A DNA stretch of 28,084 bases, taken from assembly GCA_021788685.1 (NCBI GenBank), contig JAJYKH010000001.1:1-28084 (forward strand), read 5' to 3'. Below are positions 21,580-28,084 of the stretch, piece by piece. Numbering within the stretch: the stretch's first letter is position 1; the number at the start of each line of letters is the position of its first letter. The stretch comes from Deltaproteobacteria bacterium. Its GTDB lineage: Bacteria > Desulfobacterota > Desulfobulbia > Desulfobulbales > UBA5123. The position numbers were made by a program, and so were the translations under genes. The notes below the pieces were generated by a model. The model did not search any database, was not told the DNA's origin, and worked only from the letters and a program-made list of their open reading frames with translations.

Positions 21580-23234
21580 TCAGGCAACGGCTGCAGCAAA
21601 AACTGGATTGGTGCTTTGCGGAAGGGGTGGCGCGGGGCTGGTGGTCGGCGGCGGCCAAGGCCGACTACGTGCTCGAAGTGCCTAAGCGGGAAGGGCACGG
21701 GGACTTCTCCACCAACATGGCCCTCGTGATCGCCGGCCGGGAAAAGCAGAAGCCCCGGGCGGTCGCGGCCCGGCTTCAGGAGCTGCTCGGCCCCGAGGCC
21801 GGGTTCATCGCCAGGCTGGAGGTGGCCGGCCCCGGCTTCCTCAATTTCTTTCTGGCCCTGGAAACCTGGCAGTCAGTGCTGCCGGAGGTCTGCCGGCTGG
21901 ACGCCGCCTACGGCCTTTCTTCCATCGGCGGCAGCAAACGGGTGCTAGTCGAGTTCGTGAGCGCCAACCCCACCGGGCCCTTGAGCGTCGGCCACGGCCG
22001 CCAGGCGGTGCTGGGGGACGCCATCACCCGGCTGCTCGCGGCCGCCGGCTTCGCCATCACCCGGGAGTACTATTACAACGACGCGGGCAGGCAGATGCGG
22101 GTGCTGGGGGAATCCACCCGTGCCCGCTATCTGGAGCTCCTGGGGCTGCCTGCTTCCTTTCCGGAGGACGGCTACCAGGGCGAGTACATCGTCGACATCG
22201 CCCGGGAGCTGATCGCCGAAAAAGGGGATTCCCTGAAAAACGTGGCGGAGGTCACCCCCTTCAAGGAAAAGGCCGAGCAGGTCATCTTCAAGGACATCAA
22301 CGGCACCCTGGCCCGGCTCGGCATCCATTTCGACAACTATTACAACGAGCACACCTTGTACGAAGAGGGCAAGATCGATGAGGTGATCGCCGTCCTCCGC
22401 CAGAAAGGGTTGGTCTACGAGCAGGATGGTGCGGTCTGGTTCCGCACCACCGAATTCGGGATGGACAAGGACCGGGTCATCGTCAAGAACACCGGCGAGC
22501 CCACCTACCGGCTCCCCGACATCGCCTACCACCGGGAGAAGTTCCGGCGGGGCTTCGACTGGATGGTGAACATTTTCGGCTCCGACCACATCGCCACCGT
22601 GCCCGACGTGCTGGCCGGCGTGCGCGCCCTGGGCTTCGACGACTCCAAGGTGACGGTGGTCATCCACCAGTTCGTCACCCTGGTGCGGGAGGGCAAGCAG
22701 GTGAAGATGTCCACCCGCAAGGCCAATTTCGTGACGGTGGACGAGCTGCTTGACGAAGTGGGGCCGGACGTGGCCCGGTTCTTCTTCCTCATGCGGCGGG
22801 CGGACAGCCAGCTCGAGTTCGACCTCGACCTCGCCACCAAGCAGAGCCAGGAGAACCCGGTCTACTACGTCCAGTATGCCCACGCCCGCCTCTGCAGCAT
22901 CCGCAAGCAGGCGGAGGCCAAGAGCGCGGCGGCCGGCGACCTGGCTGGCGCGCCGCTCCACCGGCTGGAGCTGCCCGAGGAGATCGAGCTGCTCAAGGCC
23001 ATGGCCTCCTACCCCGAGCTGGTGGAGAACGCGGCCCTCGCCCTGGAGCCGCACCGGGTGGTCTTTTTCCTGCAGGACCTTGCCGGTCAATTCCACAGCT
23101 ATTACAATAAGCACCGCGTGATTTCCGAAGACGCCGATCTGACCAGGGCGCGGCTGTGGCTGGCCGAGGCCCTGCGGGTGGTTTTCCGTAATGGTCTGGA
23201 GCTGATCGGGGTCAAGGCCCCGGAAACCATGTAA
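21576..23234 (+). CDS. argS: Arginyl-tRNA synthetase
   Basis: HGDFSTN, GPGFLNF, EFVSANPTGPLSVGHGR (HIGH), REYYYNDAG.Q, KMSTRK, NPVYYVQYAHAR; ATGA overlap with alr. Confidence 0.98.
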   Translation: MIRQRLQQKLDWCFAEGVARGWWSAAAKADYVLEVPKREGHGDFSTNMALVIAGREKQKPRAVAARLQELLGPEAGFIARLEVAGPGFLNFFLALETWQSVLPEVCRLDAAYGLSSIGGSKRVLVEFVSANPTGPLSVGHGRQAVLGDAITRLLAAAGFAITREYYYNDAGRQMRVLGESTRARYLELLGLPASFPEDGYQGEYIVDIARELIAEKGDSLKNVAEVTPFKEKAEQVIFKDINGTLARLGIHFDNYYNEHTLYEEGKIDEVIAVLRQKGLVYEQDGAVWFRTTEFGMDKDRVIVKNTGEPTYRLPDIAYHREKFRRGFDWMVNIFGSDHIATVPDVLAGVRALGFDDSKVTVVIHQFVTLVREGKQVKMSTRKANFVTVDELLDEVGPDVARFFFLMRRADSQLEFDLDLATKQSQENPVYYVQYAHARLCSIRKQAEAKSAAAGDLAGAPLHRLELPEEIELLKAMASYPELVENAALALEPHRVVFFLQDLAGQFHSYYNKHRVISEDADLTRARLWLAEALRVVFRNGLELIGVKAPETM

Positions 23235-23253
23235 GGGCGCCGGCGGCGCTACG

Positions 23254-23312
23254 GATTGATTTTCGAAGGCTGATTTTTGAAGTGAAAAAGCAAAAATCGG
23301 CAATCAAAAATC
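23254..23312. repeat. Family B repeat, copy 4
   Basis: GCTGATTTTTG (23269-23279) pairs with CAAAAATCGGC (23291-23301), flanked by further GATTTT / AATCAAAAATC units. Confidence 0.75.
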
Positions 23313-23325
23313 ATGAGTGACATCC

Positions 23326-24054
23326 ATGGCCAATAACCAGCGGAAAAAGAAGAAGAGCATCCAGTTCGAGATGGGCATCCTGGGCTTCCTCGGCCTGGGC
23401 GTGGTCACCTTTATGGTTCTCGTTTGGGTGTTCCTGCTCGGCATCTGGGCGGGGCAGACCATCCTCCAGCCGGAGAGCGGGGACAAGGTGGCGGCGAGCT
23501 CCGGAGTGCCGCCCGACATTCTGGCGAAGCCGGCCCCTGCGGCGGTTGCCCAGGCGAAGAAGCCGGATGAGGCCAAGAAGCCGATGGATGAGTCCCCCGA
23601 GGCGAGCGAGCCTGACGAGCCTGCCGACGAGCCGCCCGAAATGGCCGCGGCTTCGGCACCGGAGACCTCCTCCAAAGCTTCCGACGCCATCCAGCCCCCA
23701 CAGGCGCAACCCGAGGCCAAATCCGATGGGACCGCGTCTCCGGCCGATGATGCCAAGGCCGCCGGGGCCGGTGGGAAGTCCTCCTCCTCCTCCTCCTCCT
23801 CCTCCTCCTTCTTCTCCCTGCAGGTGGCGGCTTTTTCGGACGCGGAGCGGGCCGACAAGGAAGTGGCTGCCTGGCGGGCGCGCGGAAAGGAGGCGTTTTC
23901 CCTGCCGCCGGAGGAGGGGGGAGACGGCCTCTACCGGGTGTGCGTGGGCCGCTTCGCCGAGCTGGCCGATGCCAACCGGGAGGCGAGCCGGCTGGAGGAA
24001 GCCGAGAACATCAAGACCTTCATCACTTTAGTCCCCAAGGCGCGGCAACCCTGA
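23326..24054 (+). CDS. SPOR-domain cell-division protein (FtsN/DedD-like, single TM, Pro/Ala/Glu linker)
   Basis: Basic N-terminus, TM segment, low-complexity linker, C-terminal SPOR (FSLQVAAFSD...A......G..A......LYRVCVGRF). Position after argS is typical. Start is ATG 23326 or GTG 23317. Confidence 0.88.
   Translation: MANNQRKKKKSIQFEMGILGFLGLGVVTFMVLVWVFLLGIWAGQTILQPESGDKVAASSGVPPDILAKPAPAAVAQAKKPDEAKKPMDESPEASEPDEPADEPPEMAAASAPETSSKASDAIQPPQAQPEAKSDGTASPADDAKAAGAGGKSSSSSSSSSSFFSLQVAAFSDAERADKEVAAWRARGKEAFSLPPEEGGDGLYRVCVGRFAELADANREASRLEEAENIKTFITLVPKARQP
23779..23808 (+). repeat. (TCC)10 perfect trinucleotide microsatellite encoding Ser10
   Basis: Ten uninterrupted TCC units immediately before the SPOR domain. 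Confidence 0.95.
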
Positions 24055-24257
24055 CGGCGACCCTTGGCTCTGGTCCGCCACAAGCCGGCAGCGTGGACTC
24101 TGAGGGAGCAGGCGCGCACGGCGCTTTGCTCCCGGGCGAGGGGCATACGGGGGAGAGGTTTCCCCCCCAGCCGCCCCGCCTGCGAGCGTAACCAAGAAAA
24201 CCTTCGATTTCAGCTGAATAAGGGAGAATTTCGGCCCTGCTGCCGCGGGGAGTCTTC

Positions 24258-24286
24258 TTGACCTGCTCCGGATGCTGGGGTATGAT
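24258..24286 (+). promoter_or_regulatory. Sigma70 promoter candidate for the argA-like/secA/argJ genes
   Basis: TTGACC (24258-24263), 17 bp spacer, TATGAT (24281-24286). Confidence 0.65.
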
Positions 24287-24482
24287 GGCTGTTTGCGCAA
24301 ATAGGCCGAAAATCCGCCGGCAGCCGTGATTAGCAACCCTGAGGCCCCGGGCATGCCGAGCCGGTCCCCGGGGGCCTTTCCGTTTCTTCCCCAATTCTTC
24401 AGAGCAGCAGCCCCGCGCCGGCCGCGTTTGCGATAAGCCTTTGCCTGCAGGTCCGCCTCGCAGCGGCAGGGAGCGAAGAAGC

Positions 24483-24971
24483 ATGGACACCGCAATCCGC
24501 AAAGCCCGCATGGAGGACATCAAGCCCATTTACGGGCTCCTCAAGCATTTCGGGGAAAAAGGGCTGCTGCTGGGCCGCTCTCTCAGCTCGCTCTACGAGC
24601 AGCTGCGGGACTTCGAGGTCTGCGAGATCAGCATCGGCGACGATGCCCGGGTGGTGGGGGTCTGCGCCCTTCACATCTGCTGGGAGAACCTGGCCGAGAT
24701 CCGGTCGCTCGCCATTGCTGAGGAGTGGCAGGGGAAGGGCGTGGGCACCCGCCTAATCGAGTCCTCCCTCGCCGAGGCCAAACGGCTCGGGATCAACCGG
24801 GTCTTTACCCTCACCTATCAGCCGAGCTTCTTCAGGCGCCTGGAGTTCCGGGACATCGACAAGAACGAGCTGCCGCACAAGGTGTGGAGCGATTGCCTCC
24901 ACTGTCCCAAATTTCCGGACTGCAACGAGGAGGCCCTCATCTGGGAGCAGCAGCCCGGGGCGGTATCCTGA
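24483..24971 (+). CDS. argA: GNAT N-acetyltransferase, short-form N-acetylglutamate synthase (ArgA-like)
   Basis: IRKA...D...I..L...F...G.LL.RS...LYEQLRDF, CALHICWENLAEIRSLA, QGKGVGTRLI, FTLTYQ..FF..L.F, LP.KVW.DC..C; argJ lies nearby. Confidence 0.75.
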   Translation: MDTAIRKARMEDIKPIYGLLKHFGEKGLLLGRSLSSLYEQLRDFEVCEISIGDDARVVGVCALHICWENLAEIRSLAIAEEWQGKGVGTRLIESSLAEAKRLGINRVFTLTYQPSFFRRLEFRDIDKNELPHKVWSDCLHCPKFPDCNEEALIWEQQPGAVS

Positions 24972-25022
24972 CCGCCCCGCAGGCGGAAGCCTCTCCTTTT
25001 CCGATGGAGGAAGAAGAAAATC

Positions 25023-27560
<2,538 letters not shown>

Positions 27561-27571
27561 ATAGGAAGCCG

Positions 27572-27687
27572 TATTTTTGAAGCTTGATTTTTAAAGTACC
27601 ACCCAAATTACGTAGCAAAGGCTTCGTAAAGCAGGATACCTGCTTCGGGGTTTGATTTTGAATTCGAAAAATCAAAAATCAGCAATT
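27572..27687. repeat. Family B repeat, copies 5-6, flanking a small hairpin between secA and argJ
   Basis: tatttttgaagcttgatttttaaagt (27572-27597) and tttgattttgaattcgaaaaatcaaaaatcagcaatt (27651-27687); AAGCAGG-ATA-CCTGCTT hairpin (27629-27645). Confidence 0.65.
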
Positions 27688-28084
27688 GAGAAATCTGAAA
27701 TTTCACGGGTCGATGGTTTTCGGGCGGCGGCGGTCGAGGCGGGGATCAGGAAGCAGGGGCGGCTTGATCTGGGGCTGATCGCCTGCGACCGGCCGGCCGC
27801 GGTAGCCGGGGTCTTCACCACCAACCGGGTGAAGGCCGCGCCGGTGCTCCTCGACATGGAGCGGGTGCGGTCTGGTCGGGCCCAGGCCATCCTGGTCAAT
27901 TCCGGGATCGCCAACGCTTGCAGCGGCGCGGAAGGGATGCGCATCGCCCGGGCGACCGCCAAGGCGGCGGCCGACGCCCTGGGAATCGCCGAGGAGCTGG
28001 TCCTGGTGGCCTCCACCGGGGTCATCGGCGAGCTGCTCGACACCGCCAAGCTCGACCGGGCCCTGCCGGGCCTCGCGGCAGGCT
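27658..28084 (+). CDS. argJ: Bifunctional ornithine acetyltransferase / N-acetylglutamate synthase, 5' part only (runs off the right edge; start uncertain)
   Basis: Manual translation VDGFRAAAVEAGIRKQGRLDLGLI...AGVFTTNRVKAAPV...AILVNSGIANACSG..G...LVASTGVIGE matches ArgJ. The secA-argJ adjacency is conventional. There is no in-frame ATG; TTG at 27658 is the best candidate. Confidence 0.92.
   Translation, partial: MNSKNQKSAIEKSEISRVDGFRAAAVEAGIRKQGRLDLGLIACDRPAAVAGVFTTNRVKAAPVLLDMERVRSGRAQAILVNSGIANACSGAEGMRIARATAKAAADALGIAEELVLVASTGVIGELLDTAKLDRALPGLAAG

Noticed and set aside
21976-21999. ArgS HIGH motif reads SVGH rather than HVGH
   Set aside because: First-position variation is tolerated in class I synthetases and all other ArgS motifs are intact

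Overview
GC-rich chromosomal window from a sulfur-cycling Desulfobacterota bacterium (Desulfobulbales-like, inferred from DsrA/DsrB/DsrD sequence style and gene order). It carries a dissimilatory sulfite reductase locus (dsrA-dsrB-dsrD, with dsrN separated from dsrD by an oppositely oriented TPR / Cys4+HEAT / TPR three-gene cassette). The locus is flanked by a CoA-disulfide/persulfide reductase-rhodanese fusion, a NifB/NifX-family protein, a DUF134 HTH protein, a small Cys-rich protein and an Asp-ligated ferredoxin. Housekeeping genes are aroB, alr, argS, a SPOR protein, a short argA-like GNAT, secA and the 5' part of argJ. The left part holds three unusual proteins: (1) a type IA topoisomerase paralog that keeps the fold motifs and three zinc ribbons but has lost the catalytic Tyr, the Toprim DxD and the GRVQ motif, and is split by a one-base frameshift; (2) a divergent 887-aa protein joining a winged-helix-like N-terminus, an acidic repeat linker and an FGE-sulfatase domain without catalytic cysteines; (3) a secreted ComEA-PLD nuclease fusion. 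Intergenic DNA contains at least four families of short dispersed repeats: two heptamer/inverted-repeat families, one of which supplies stop codons at convergent junctions; a MITE-like element in a long and an internally deleted copy; and a structured leader-like repeat. No rRNA, tRNA, CRISPR array or transposase was recognised.
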